A DNA stretch of 64,000 nt from Deltaproteobacteria bacterium (lineage in GTDB: Bacteria > Myxococcota > Kuafuiibacteriia > Kuafuiibacteriales > Kuafuiibacteriaceae): NCBI GenBank assembly GCA_040218735.1, contig JAVJQW010000046.1:1-64000 (forward strand), written 5' to 3'. Shown piece after piece: positions 27,201-36,782 of this stretch. The position numbers and the translations under genes were made by a program. The stretch's first letter is position 1, and each line of letters begins with the position of its first letter. A model generated the notes under the pieces. It made no database searches. It was not told the DNA's origin and was given only the letters and a program-made list of their open reading frames with translations.

Positions 27201-28664
27201 GTGAAGGTCCTGTTCGTCGCCTCGGAGTGCACCCCCTACGCGAAGGCGGGTGGCCTCGGCGATGTCGTGGGCGCGCTCCCCAAGGCGCTCCACGCGTTGG
27301 GCGTGGACGTCCGCGTCGTGCTCCCCAAGTACGCGCACATCGACGTGTCGGGGTACCAACGGCACCTCGCACCGCTCGGTGTGCCGCTCGGCGACGGGAC
27401 GGCGTGGTGCGCGCTCCACGAGTCGCGCCTCCCGGGCACGAACGTCCCCGTCTACTTCCTCGAGCACGACGCGCTGTTCGGTGGTGCGATCTACGAGAGC
27501 TACGGCGGCACCGTGCACGAGGCCGCGCGCTTCGGGTTGCTGTCGCGCGGCGCGTTCTCGCTGTGTCGCTACCTCGGGTTCGTGCCGGACGTCTTCCACG
27601 TGCACGACTGGCCGAGCGCTTGGCTGCCGATCATGCACAACACGGTCGAGGCGAAGTACCCGTTCTTCGACGCCGCGACGGTCTTCACGATCCACAACAT
27701 GGCGCACCAGCCGCGGTTCCCGAAGGAGGCGCTCGCCACGCTGCGGATCCCGGAGTCGCAGTTCAAGCCGGACGGCCTCGAAGACTTCGGGCAGCTCAAC
27801 CCGTTCAAGGGCGGCGCGTACCACGCCACGATGATCACCACCGTGTCGCCGCGCTACGCGTGGGAGATCCGCACGCCCGAAGGCGGCGCCGGGCTGCACG
27901 AGGTGATGGAGTTCCGCGGTGCGGACCTCGTGGGCATCCTCAACGGCATCGACGAAGAGGTGTGGAACCCCGAGAAGGACCCGTACCTCGCCGCGCACTA
28001 CGCCGCGGAGGATCTCTCCGGGAAGGCCGTGTGCAAACGCGCGCTGCAGCGGGAACTCGGGTTGGACGTCGGGGCGACCACGCCGCTCATCGGAATCGTG
28101 TCTCGGCTCAATCACCAGAAGGGGAGCGACGTCATCGCGACGACGCTCGACGCGATCCTCGCGATGGGCGCGCAAGTTGTCTTGCTCGGCTCGGGTGACC
28201 CGACCTACGAAGCGGTGTTCGCCGCGAAGAGCGAAGAGCTTCGCGGGCGCTTCGCGGCGCGCATCGGTTTCGACGAAGGGCTCTCACACCGGATCGAAGC
28301 GGGCGCGGATCTGTTCTTGATGCCGTCGCGCTTCGAGCCGTGCGGGCTCAACCAGATGTACAGCCAGCGCTACGGCACGCTCCCGATCGTCACCGCGACC
28401 GGCGGCCTCGACGACACCGTCGAGCAGTGCGACCCGGCGACCGCGCGCGGCACCGGCTTCAAGCTCTCGTACCTGTCCTCGTCGACGCTCCTGCACACGA
28501 TCGACTGGGCGCTGTCCGTGTACCGCGACGCCCCGCTGGTCTTCCGCACGATGCAGGAGCGGTGCATGGAGAAGCCGATGGGCTGGGAGCCCGCGGCGAT
28601 CCGCTACCGCGAGCTGTACCAGTGGGCCCTCGAGCGGCGCCGCCCCGCGTTCCGCGCCTCCTGA
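27201..28664 (+). CDS. glgA: Glycogen synthase (ADP-glucose, GT5)
   Basis: KAGGLGDV, HVHDW, TIHN, SRLNHQKG, PSRFEPCGL. Confidence 0.95.
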   Translation: MKVLFVASECTPYAKAGGLGDVVGALPKALHALGVDVRVVLPKYAHIDVSGYQRHLAPLGVPLGDGTAWCALHESRLPGTNVPVYFLEHDALFGGAIYESYGGTVHEAARFGLLSRGAFSLCRYLGFVPDVFHVHDWPSAWLPIMHNTVEAKYPFFDAATVFTIHNMAHQPRFPKEALATLRIPESQFKPDGLEDFGQLNPFKGGAYHATMITTVSPRYAWEIRTPEGGAGLHEVMEFRGADLVGILNGIDEEVWNPEKDPYLAAHYAAEDLSGKAVCKRALQRELGLDVGATTPLIGIVSRLNHQKGSDVIATTLDAILAMGAQVVLLGSGDPTYEAVFAAKSEELRGRFAARIGFDEGLSHRIEAGADLFLMPSRFEPCGLNQMYSQRYGTLPIVTATGGLDDTVEQCDPATARGTGFKLSYLSSSTLLHTIDWALSVYRDAPLVFRTMQERCMEKPMGWEPAAIRYRELYQWALERRRPAFRAS

Positions 28665-28747
28665 AATCGCGCGATTTCGACTCACGTTTCCCCTCGGATC
28701 GGCCGAAGGATCCCTCAGAAGGGCTCCCAGGGTCGGTTTCCGCGCTC

Positions 28748-28783
28748 TTGACCGTTGCGAATGCAATTGAATATCATTCTCAA
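28748..28783 (+). promoter_or_regulatory. Sigma70-like promoter overlapped by a Fur-box-like site upstream of bfd-bfr
   Basis: TTGACC (28748) N18 TATCAT. TTGAATATCATTCTCAA (28767-28783) resembles the Fur 7-1-7 TGATAAT-N-ATTATCA. AT-rich island in high-GC DNA. Confidence 0.75.
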
Positions 28784-28807
28784 CAACGCCTCGGAGGGTC
28801 ATGTGTC

Positions 28808-29020
28808 GTGATTGTCTGTGTCTGCCGTCGAGTCTCGGATCGCCAGGTTCTGAACGTCATCCAGGAGGGTGCCGCCACCGAAGAAGCGGTCGAGCGGCGC
28901 TGTGGGGCGGGCGGCGACTGCGGCGCCTGCAAGAAGACGATCGAGGGCATGATCACCGAACACGCGAAGACGGGATGCCGGTTGCCCTCCGGCGAACGAC
29001 CCGATAAGCGCGCCGCATGA
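28808..29020 (+). CDS. bfd: Bacterioferritin-associated [2Fe-2S] ferredoxin
   Basis: GTG start; [13 protein letters not shown]...[10 protein letters not shown]; ATGA overlap with bfr. Confidence 0.9.
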   Translation: MIVCVCRRVSDRQVLNVIQEGAATEEAVERRCGAGGDCGACKKTIEGMITEHAKTGCRLPSGERPDKRAA

Positions 29021-29487
29021 AGGGCGACGCCGCAATCATCGATCTGCTGAACGAAGTGCTGACGGGGGAGCTGACCGCCGTCAATCAGTACTGGCTCCAC
29101 GCACGGCTCTGCGAGAACTGGGGCTACCAGCGGCTCTGGAAGAAGGTCCGCGACGAGTCGATCGACGAGATGAAGCACGCCGACCAGCTCGTGCACCGCA
29201 TCCTCTACCTCGACGGGCTCCCCAACCTTCAGCGCCTCGGCAAGATCAACATCGGCGAGACGGTGAAGGAGCAGTTCGAGGTCGACCTCGCCCTGGAGAA
29301 GGACGCCCTCGTCCGACTCAACGACGGCATCGCCCTCGCGCGCGACGTCGGTGACAACGGCACCCGCGAGCTCCTCGAGCGCATCCTCGTCTCCGAGGAG
29401 GAGCACGTCGACTGGCTCGAGACCCAGCTCGAGCTGATCAAGAACCTCGGCGAGACCGCGTACCTCGCCGAGCAGATTCACGAGTAG
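29017..29487 (+). CDS. bfr: Bacterioferritin
   Basis: MKGD...[21 protein letters not shown] (heme-ligand Met), EEEHVDWLE. Confidence 0.97.
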   Translation: MKGDAAIIDLLNEVLTGELTAVNQYWLHARLCENWGYQRLWKKVRDESIDEMKHADQLVHRILYLDGLPNLQRLGKINIGETVKEQFEVDLALEKDALVRLNDGIALARDVGDNGTRELLERILVSEEEHVDWLETQLELIKNLGETAYLAEQIHE

Positions 29488-30032
29488 GCGACGATCCAGG
29501 TCCCCGTCGCGTCGGTGTCCGCCGACGCGATCCGCATCTGCGCGAACATCGGCCGCAGCTCTGCCTCGCCGAGGAAGCTGAACACGATCCACTGTCCACC
29601 GGGGCGCAGGACCGCGCGGACCTGTTCGCCGTAGCGCGCCAGTCGATGGCGCGGCAGATCACTCGCCGGGCCCAGCACGTCGATCGCGGCGTCGAAGCGC
29701 TCACCGTCGAAGGCCTCCGTGAGGTTTGTCGCAGACAGACGTCGGAAGTCCTTCGCGACGCCGCGGCGCGCGAGGGTCAGCGGGCGCTCGAACAGATCGA
29801 TCCCCACCGCGTCGTAGCCGCGCTCGGCGAGCGCGTGGGTGTGGCGGCCCGCGCCGCATCCGATGTCGAGGATCCGCGCGGGCGCCGAGACCTCGAGGCG
29901 GTCGAGCAGCGCCGTTTCGGGCGCGGAGGTCGTCCACCCCGCGACGTGCGGGCGCGCGTGGGCGCGCAGGTAGAAGAGGAGGGCGCCCCGGTCGAGCTCG
30001 CCGAACGGAGCGACGAGGCGCCGCCAGCTCAC
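29478..30032 (-). CDS. Class I SAM-dependent methyltransferase
   Basis: [20 protein letters not shown]; GTG start overlaps the upstream stop. Confidence 0.82.
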   Translation of the reverse strand: MSWRRLVAPFGELDRGALLFYLRAHARPHVAGWTTSAPETALLDRLEVSAPARILDIGCGAGRHTHALAERGYDAVGIDLFERPLTLARRGVAKDFRRLSATNLTEAFDGERFDAAIDVLGPASDLPRHRLARYGEQVRAVLRPGGQWIVFSFLGEAELRPMFAQMRIASADTDATGTWIVAYS

Positions 30033-30604
30033 GCGGGCTGCGGGGCGGCGGAGCTCGTAGCGGCGTCGAGCCGCTCGAAGAGGATCGTGTTCATGAGCAT
30101 CACGAAGCCGAACGCCGGGATGCCGAGGACGAACGTCCCGCTGAGGACGGAGTTGATCACGCCGCCGATCAGGAACACGAGGATGCACGGGCCCATGTTG
30201 GCCTTCACGATCTCGAGGCTGCGTTTGATGGCGTCGATCGCGCCGATCTCGTCGTCGAACGCGATGACGTGGAACGCGAACATCGCGATGAACGCGAGGA
30301 TCAGCGGGCCGACCATCGTGCACGCAGTGACGATCATGCCGACGACGAGGATCAGACCGAGCACGAAGGCGCGCGCGAACTGCGAGAAGCCTTCCGTGAC
30401 TTGCCCCGGTTCGATCGTCTCGCCGTCGATCACCCGCCGGCACATCCGGATGTAGCCGACCATCAGCGGTGCCATCAGGATGCCGAGCGTCAGGCCGCCG
30501 CCGACCAGCACGATCAGCGCGGCGATCAGGAGCGGGACGAGGTTCTCGGACTTGCTGAAGCGGTTCCAGGTCTCGGTGAGGAGCTCTTGAAGGTCGATGT
30601 TCAC
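30029..30604 (-). CDS. Integral membrane protein (about 4 TM)
   Basis: Four hydrophobic segments and the AIDAIKRSLEIVK motif; start at GTG 30604. Confidence 0.8.
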   Translation of the reverse strand: MNIDLQELLTETWNRFSKSENLVPLLIAALIVLVGGGLTLGILMAPLMVGYIRMCRRVIDGETIEPGQVTEGFSQFARAFVLGLILVVGMIVTACTMVGPLILAFIAMFAFHVIAFDDEIGAIDAIKRSLEIVKANMGPCILVFLIGGVINSVLSGTFVLGIPAFGFVMLMNTILFERLDAATSSAAPQPA

Positions 30605-30636
30605 GCCCCGTTGGTAAGGGCAGGCCGGGGTTCGGA

Positions 30637-32904
30637 TCAACCCCCGGCGGGGTGGAGGACCCGTTCGTCGGGGGCGAGGAGCCCGAGCTCGACGAGCAGA
30701 TAGGCGACGACGAGGGCCGCACGGACCTCCTCCGGGCGAACACACTGCGCGAGGGACTCACCGAGCGTGTAGCCGTGACCGAAGGGCGCGACCAGGTTCG
30801 TGGGGCCGTTTCGCAGGCCGAGCGCCCCCACCTCGTCGTCGAAGCGGTCGGTGCGCACGAAGGTCGTGTCCAGGGTCGGCGACAGCGTGGCCTGGAGGCG
30901 CGTGTGTTCGATCGCGTGTGCGATGGTGCTCGGCAGGAGCGAGCACAGCGGGATCGGGGAGGTCGTGTGGTGCAACCCGGCGCTGGGATCGAAGCCGAAG
31001 TGCGCCTGCTCCCACGCGAACACCTCGCGCAAGGCACGTTGCGCCGCGCCGGCGCGCGCGTTGGCGACCTGGTTCAGCACGAGCGGTGAAGCGACGTCCT
31101 GGATCGACACCGCGCGCATCGCGACCTGTTGCAGGTGGAGCGCGAGGTCGGGGGGCCGGTTGATCCGGTCGTTGATGAGCCTGTCCCACGCCGCGAAGGG
31201 GTGCTGGCTCGAGAAGATGCCCACGAGGCACCCGCGCTCGACGCACATCTCGCGACGGTCGACGCCGTGCGCGGTGTAACGCACGAGGATCAGCCGACCG
31301 GTGGAGCGCGTGCGGGCGAGCTGCCCGAAGATCGCAGCGAGGCTGTGCACGTCGATCGTCCCGCTGAACTGGTTGTTCGGAAGCACCGGGCTCGCCGCGA
31401 CGATGCCCTCGCCGAGCAGCTCGCCGAACCGCGTCCACGGCATCCATCGCATCCCGTCACCGGACACTTCGATGTCCGACGCCGAGCCGCTGTCGTCGAT
31501 CAGATCCGAGAGCGCACCGAGGACTTCCAGTGCATCGATCGGGCCGAGCGTCTTGTGCGTCGGCGTGCGGAGGAACAGCGATCCGGGCGGCGCCACGGGG
31601 CGGCCCTTGATGATGTCTTCCGTGTTGTTGCGCCCTGGGACGGCGGAGATCGGCGGCTCGATGGTCGCCTTCTTGCGGAGCAGGTCGCCGGTCTCGACGT
31701 TCGCGGGTCCGCCGAGCATCGGGATCGCGGGGAGCGCCTCGACGGCGTGCGGCGGTTTGATGATCGAGTACGTGAATCCTTCGGTCGGCGAGCTGAGTCG
31801 TTTGGCGGCGAGCTCGTCCTCGTAGCTGAACTCGGCCTCTTCACACGCGAGCGTGACCTCCTCCGAACCGTCGTCGACGATGTCCGGGAGCTCGAGCACG
31901 GGCGCGTCGGGCACGGAGTCGAGCTCGGGGTTGGAGAGGTTCGACAGCGTGTACGGCGCGGACGCCTCGCCGGTGACGAGCTCGCGCACCAGCGACTCGA
32001 GGTTCATCGGATCGAGCGCAGGGTCGAGCTCGTTGAGCACGCCGCGCAGCTCGTTTTGCATCGTCTTCGCGCTCGGCGTACGACGGTGCAGGTCCGGTTC
32101 GAGCGCCCGCAGCACGATGCGGTCGAGCGCGGGCGGGATGTCGTGGCGCATCGCCGAAGGCGGCGTGCGCGGCGCGACGCAGATCCGCGACATCGTCTCC
32201 GTCGGCGTGTCCGACGCGAAGAGGCGATGCAGCGTGAGGCTCTCCCACAACACGATGCCGCACGAGAAGACGTCCGCGCGGTGGTCGGGGCGCTGACCGT
32301 TGATCTGTTCGGGCGACAGGTACGTGACCTTGCCTTTGATCTGGCCTTCGAACGCTTCGGCCGTACGCGTGTCGTCGTTCGCGACGCCGAAGTCGCCGAG
32401 CTTCACCTCGCCGGTGCGCGACACGAAGATGTTCTCGGGGGTCACGTCGCAGTGGACGATGTTGCGGCGGCGACCGTCGCTGTCCCGAAGCTCGTGCGCG
32501 AACGCGAGCGCCTCGAGGACCTGCATCGCGACCGACACACACGCCCACGTCGGCAGCATCCGCTGCGCGCGCGCGGCGCGCTTGAGGATCTGCTTGAGGT
32601 CGAAGCCGTCGACCCACTCGAGCGCCATGTACAGCTCGTCGTCGCCGATGCTCTCCAGCTCGAAGACCTGCACCACGTTCTTGTGTTGCACCTGGGCCGC
32701 GAGCTTGGCCTCGTCGATGAACATCTGCCTGTACTCGAGATCATGAACGTGCTCGTCGCGGAGCCGTTTCACGACGACGGTCTTCGTGAAACCGCCGAGG
32801 CCCGAAGTCCGGGCGAGGTACACATCAGCCATTCCGCCGGTGCCGATGTGTTCGAGGAGCTCGTAGCGACCGTACTGTCGCGGTGGCGAGATGGGCGTAG
32901 GCAT
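30637..32904 (-). CDS. Ser/Thr protein kinase with a C-terminal DUF4388-like region
   Basis: GTGGMADVY, VVVK, HCDVTPEN, DFG; C-terminal SGTIDVHSLAAIF...STGRLIL and EVFAWEQAHFGF. Confidence 0.9.
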   Translation of the reverse strand: MPTPISPPRQYGRYELLEHIGTGGMADVYLARTSGLGGFTKTVVVKRLRDEHVHDLEYRQMFIDEAKLAAQVQHKNVVQVFELESIGDDELYMALEWVDGFDLKQILKRAARAQRMLPTWACVSVAMQVLEALAFAHELRDSDGRRRNIVHCDVTPENIFVSRTGEVKLGDFGVANDDTRTAEAFEGQIKGKVTYLSPEQINGQRPDHRADVFSCGIVLWESLTLHRLFASDTPTETMSRICVAPRTPPSAMRHDIPPALDRIVLRALEPDLHRRTPSAKTMQNELRGVLNELDPALDPMNLESLVRELVTGEASAPYTLSNLSNPELDSVPDAPVLELPDIVDDGSEEVTLACEEAEFSYEDELAAKRLSSPTEGFTYSIIKPPHAVEALPAIPMLGGPANVETGDLLRKKATIEPPISAVPGRNNTEDIIKGRPVAPPGSLFLRTPTHKTLGPIDALEVLGALSDLIDDSGSASDIEVSGDGMRWMPWTRFGELLGEGIVAASPVLPNNQFSGTIDVHSLAAIFGQLARTRSTGRLILVRYTAHGVDRREMCVERGCLVGIFSSQHPFAAWDRLINDRINRPPDLALHLQQVAMRAVSIQDVASPLVLNQVANARAGAAQRALREVFAWEQAHFGFDPSAGLHHTTSPIPLCSLLPSTIAHAIEHTRLQATLSPTLDTTFVRTDRFDDEVGALGLRNGPTNLVAPFGHGYTLGESLAQCVRPEEVRAALVVAYLLVELGLLAPDERVLHPAGG

Positions 32905-33002
32905 GCGCCGGACTCAGGGAACCGGACCTAGAACTTAGCGGCCCGAATCGAGCTTGGATAGTTCCCGACCGGGGACAATTCAGGACCGGGTAGGTGACGC
33001 GC

Positions 33003-35402
33003 TCATGCGTAGAGTGTCGCCAGCCAGCGCTTCAGATCGAGCGCGGTGAACGGGCGTTCGAGATCGACGAGCGTCATCTCCAACGCTTCCCACATCGCTG
33101 CAAGGTCGTCCCCTCGTTCGCGAGGTGAAGGGAGCAACGCGCGATCGACGAGGCGGACAACCCGCGAAGACACGTCGCGGGAGCGCGTCGCGAGGGAGGG
33201 GAGCTCCCCTTGGGTGAAAAGCCCTTCGTCGCGCATCCGTTTCAGCGTGAGGCTCTCGTCGATGATCCGGGCAACACCGTACACGTCGGCTTCGGGGCCG
33301 GCGGGCTCACCGTCGTGGACCTCCGGTGGAGCGTACGGTCCCGCCTCGCGCGCGTATTGCGGGGCGCCTCGTTCCTCGAGCCGAACGTGCTCGAAACCGC
33401 CGAGCTTCACCTCGCCGTCGCTCGTGATCAGCACGTGACTCGGCTGCACGTCGCCGTGGATCCACGTGCCGGTCTCGTGACGGTGCATGTGCAAGAGCGC
33501 CGCGCAGAGCTCGGCGCCGATGCGACACGCGGCGCCCGTCGGCAGCACCCGACCCGTCGCGCGCGCGCGTGTGAAGATCGCGTCGAGGCGTCGCCCCGGG
33601 TACGCCTCGGTCACCCAGAAGAAGCCGTCCTTCTCTTGGAAGTCGAGCGTCTGAATCAGGTTGGTGTGCGTCCAGAGCGCGGACGCACGCGCGCAGTCCA
33701 CGAGGTGCTCCATCCGCGGGTCGTCCGGCGGAGCGCCGTCGGGGAGGCGGAGGATCCGCACCGGTCGCCGAAAGCCGCGCGGTCCCCGACGCGTCGCTAC
33801 GTACTCGACGAACGACTCGGTCGTGCGATCGACGCCTTCGATCGCGTACTGCTCGAGGTCCTTCGTCTCGGCGTTTGGGCCCGCCTCGTTCGCGAGGTTC
33901 GTGTCGGGGGCCTCGCTGTAGGCGTCGTCGAGGACCTCGTCCACGGTGGAGCGCGAGATGGCGTCCGGCGTGCTGTCCTCGAGCGTGAGATCGCCCGTGA
34001 CGACGTTCGCGAGGTGCAGCCCGGTCCGCGAGATGTTCGCGCTCATCGACTCCGGCAGCAGCAACGCCTGGCTCTGTCGTCGCGGCGGCGGCAGGCGCGC
34101 GGGCGGCGGCTCACGAGCGTCGTCGATCCGGTTGGGGACGAGGTCGACGGTGTCCGTCTCGGCCGTGCGACGTACGTCCATCGCCCCGAGGAGGTCTTCG
34201 CTCGGCGGTGCGCTCGCCGGCAGCTGGAGCGGAGGGCGTTTGGGGGCGCCGAACTTCTTGATCGTCGGGAGCTCCGGCTCCGTCGGGTTCTCCGCGCTCG
34301 GCGGCGGTTTGACGCCACGCTCCGACACGGTCTTCTTCGTCCCCTCGCGGAGCGCCTCGACGAGCGCGCGATTGTCGCCGCTCGCGCGCGCACGCGCGAT
34401 GGCTTCGATGCGGTACTCGAGCTCCCGTCGCATGAAACGCGCGACCATCTGCTTCGACGCACCGATGCGGTCACGGCGCATGAACATCTCGAGGTCGTTC
34501 AGCATCGTGCGTGCGTTCGGGTAGCGATCCTCGGGCGACTTCGCGAGCGCGCGCTGGATGATGCGCCACAGCTCCGGCGGGAACGAGGGATCGAGGTCGA
34601 AGGGCGACGCCGGGTCCTGCTCCATGATCGCGCGGAGGACCATCGCGTCGGTGCGCCCGTAGAACGGGTGACGGAACAGGAGCGCCTCGTAGAGCAGCAC
34701 GCCGAGCGCGAAGAGATCCGCGCGTCTGTCGATGTGCTCGTCGGCGCGGATCTGCTCCGGCGCCATGTACGCCAGCTTTCCTTTCAGTAGACCGGGGTGG
34801 GTCTTGTGGAGCCGCCCTTCCGCCTTGGTGACGCCGAAGTCGAACAGCTTCACGTCACCCTCGAAGGACACCATGATGTTCTGCGGCGACACGTCGCGGT
34901 GGATGATGTTGAGCGGTCTTCCGTCCGGGCCCGTGAAGTCGTGCGCGTAGGCGAGCGCGTCGAGCACACTCACCGCGATGTTGAGCATCACCGGAGGCGG
35001 GAGGCGTCGGCCCGCGCCGACGAGGTGCCGGAGCAGGCCCGAGAGGTTCGCGCCCTCCACGAGCTCCATCGAGATGAACATCGAACCGTCGAGCTCGCCG
35101 AGCTCGTAGATGCGGATGATGTTCGGGTGGTCCATCTGCGAGGCGATGTGCGCCTCGTCGTAGAACATCTCGACGACGCCGGGCTCGAGTTGCAGCTCGG
35201 GGCGAATGCGTTTGAGCACGACCTCCGCCGCGACGCCGGAGCGTCGACGCATCCGCGCGACGAACACCTGACCCATCGCGCCGGACGCGATGCGTCCCAA
35301 GATCTCGTAGCGGTGGTCGGCCGGCCCCGAGGTGTCGATCCCGCTGAGGTCGGGGCGCGGCTGGTAGCTCCGCACGGTCCGCGGAGTTAACCACACGGTC
35401 AC
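33003..35402 (-). CDS. Ser/Thr kinase with a second, degenerate (pseudo)kinase domain
   Basis: Domain 1 has HRDVSPQN, DFG, YMAPE. Domain 2 has HGDVQPSH, GFE in place of DFG, and YAPPE. Start uncertain. Confidence 0.88.
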   Translation of the reverse strand: MTVWLTPRTVRSYQPRPDLSGIDTSGPADHRYEILGRIASGAMGQVFVARMRRRSGVAAEVVLKRIRPELQLEPGVVEMFYDEAHIASQMDHPNIIRIYELGELDGSMFISMELVEGANLSGLLRHLVGAGRRLPPPVMLNIAVSVLDALAYAHDFTGPDGRPLNIIHRDVSPQNIMVSFEGDVKLFDFGVTKAEGRLHKTHPGLLKGKLAYMAPEQIRADEHIDRRADLFALGVLLYEALLFRHPFYGRTDAMVLRAIMEQDPASPFDLDPSFPPELWRIIQRALAKSPEDRYPNARTMLNDLEMFMRRDRIGASKQMVARFMRRELEYRIEAIARARASGDNRALVEALREGTKKTVSERGVKPPPSAENPTEPELPTIKKFGAPKRPPLQLPASAPPSEDLLGAMDVRRTAETDTVDLVPNRIDDAREPPPARLPPPRRQSQALLLPESMSANISRTGLHLANVVTGDLTLEDSTPDAISRSTVDEVLDDAYSEAPDTNLANEAGPNAETKDLEQYAIEGVDRTTESFVEYVATRRGPRGFRRPVRILRLPDGAPPDDPRMEHLVDCARASALWTHTNLIQTLDFQEKDGFFWVTEAYPGRRLDAIFTRARATGRVLPTGAACRIGAELCAALLHMHRHETGTWIHGDVQPSHVLITSDGEVKLGGFEHVRLEERGAPQYAREAGPYAPPEVHDGEPAGPEADVYGVARIIDESLTLKRMRDEGLFTQGELPSLATRSRDVSSRVVRLVDRALLPSPRERGDDLAAMWEALEMTLVDLERPFTALDLKRWLATLYA

Positions 35403-35425
35403 AGATGTGTGATAGGGCCGAGAGG

Positions 35426-35926
35426 ATGACTGACTTGGCGTACAGGGCGACCGCGGACGTGAGCGACGAAGCGGGTGACGCCGCCCTCGTGGCGGACCCC
35501 ATGTTCACGCGGTACGGCGCCCGGGAGCGCTACGCGGGGCGCATCGCGACGCTGAAGATCTTCGAGGACAACCAGCTCGTGCGCACCGTGTTGTCCCGGC
35601 CGGGACAAGGCCGCGTGCTCGTCGTCGACGGCGGCGGGAGTCGGCGCTGCGCGCTGGTCGGTGACAGTCTCGCGAAGCTCGCGAGCGACCAGGGCTGGGC
35701 GGGCATCGTGGTCTTCGGATGCATCCGGGACACCCTGGAGATCGGCGCGATCGACATCGGCATCCACGCGCTCGGCGCGCACCCCAAGAAGACGAAGAAA
35801 CGTGGCGAAGGGATCGAGGACGAGCCGGTCACGTTCGGGGGTGTGACGTTTTGTCGCGGCGACGCGCTCTACGCGGACTCGGACGGGATCGTGGTGATCC
35901 CCGCGGGCGGGTCACAGTACCCCTGA
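35426..35926 (+). CDS. rraA: RraA-family protein (RNase E regulator / HMG aldolase-like)
   Basis: TADVSD, FEDN, VLVVDGGGSRRCALVGD, GCIRD, YADSDGIVV; AGAGG RBS. Confidence 0.9.
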   Translation: MTDLAYRATADVSDEAGDAALVADPMFTRYGARERYAGRIATLKIFEDNQLVRTVLSRPGQGRVLVVDGGGSRRCALVGDSLAKLASDQGWAGIVVFGCIRDTLEIGAIDIGIHALGAHPKKTKKRGEGIEDEPVTFGGVTFCRGDALYADSDGIVVIPAGGSQYP

Positions 35927-35966
35927 AAGACAAAAGGCGACGGACGCCACAAGGACGCCCGTCGCC
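35926..35966 (-). terminator. Rho-independent terminator oriented on the minus strand
   Basis: Minus strand reads GGCGACGGGCGTCC-ttgt-GGCGTCCGTCGCC followed by TTTTGTCTTT. Confidence 0.75.
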
Positions 35967-36070
35967 GGGGCTGGCCTCCACGAGGAGTGGAGCTCGCTCA
36001 GCTTGCACTCCTCGTTAGACCGTTATGTTTGTGCACGCTTGCTTTACCTCCCCCGGCAACTGTCGCCGGC
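35926..36070 (-). ncRNA. Candidate small RNA or small-ORF transcript
   Basis: Perfect 10-bp inverted repeat (35980-35989 / 36006-36015) plus a terminator, with no supported minus-strand CDS directly upstream. Contains GGAGGT and a 12-aa ORF (35998-36036). Confidence 0.4.
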
Positions 36071-36269
36071 ACTGGGCCGTTTACGTCGAGCTGGGCTCTA
36101 AACCAGGCCGAGTGTTTCGTTGGTCGAACCCGGCGCTTCATGCGTCGAGCTCGCGCGTTGTCGACGCGACTCCCACGGTCGCGACGGCCGGATGGTAGCG
36201 GACCGCGATCCGTCGCGCCAGTTGGGGTTGTTCATGGACCGCTTCATCCCTGCGTGCGATCCTTCGACC

Positions 36270-36782
36270 GTGGTCGTGCGGTGCATCACCGCGGTCCTGT
36301 TCTGCGTGACGCTCGTCGCGTGTCGGAACCCCTTTGCCGCCGAAGCCCCCGTCGAACCCGGCGGGGTCCTCTCGTACATGGTGCGGGAGACCACCGAGGA
36401 AGGGCAGGAATCGTACGTGCTCCGCGCGCGCGTGCGCGAGACCGACCACGGGCTCGAGGTCATGATGCAGACCCCCGTCGCCGCGCTCTCGATCCCCGTC
36501 GACGCGCAGCTCGTCCCCATCGACGAGAAACATCTGCCGATCGAGTACCCGCTCGTCCTCACCTCCACGCTCGCCAAGCCCGGCCTGTTGTGGCTCCCCG
36601 AAGATCGCCGCGGCGTGACCGACTCGAGCGACGTGGTGCTGCACCAACAATGGAAGGCGTGGCGCGTCGTCGGTGAGGACGGGATGCCGCGCTACTACGA
36701 GATTCAGACGGGGTTGCTCGTCGACTTCAAGCTGTTCGTCGGCGGCGTGCGCGTCGGTGGCCAGCTCATCTCCGCGCTGTGA
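36270..36782 (+). CDS. Hypothetical lipoprotein
   Basis: Hydrophobic signal with lipobox LVAC; overlaps the next gene by GTGA. Start approximate. Confidence 0.65.
   Translation: MVVRCITAVLFCVTLVACRNPFAAEAPVEPGGVLSYMVRETTEEGQESYVLRARVRETDHGLEVMMQTPVAALSIPVDAQLVPIDEKHLPIEYPLVLTSTLAKPGLLWLPEDRRGVTDSSDVVLHQQWKAWRVVGEDGMPRYYEIQTGLLVDFKLFVGGVRVGGQLISAL

Noticed and set aside
35926-36070. Identification as a known RNA (Pxr, 6S, SRP, tRNA, riboswitch)
   Set aside because: I could not match diagnostic motifs or gene context; left as an unnamed candidate.
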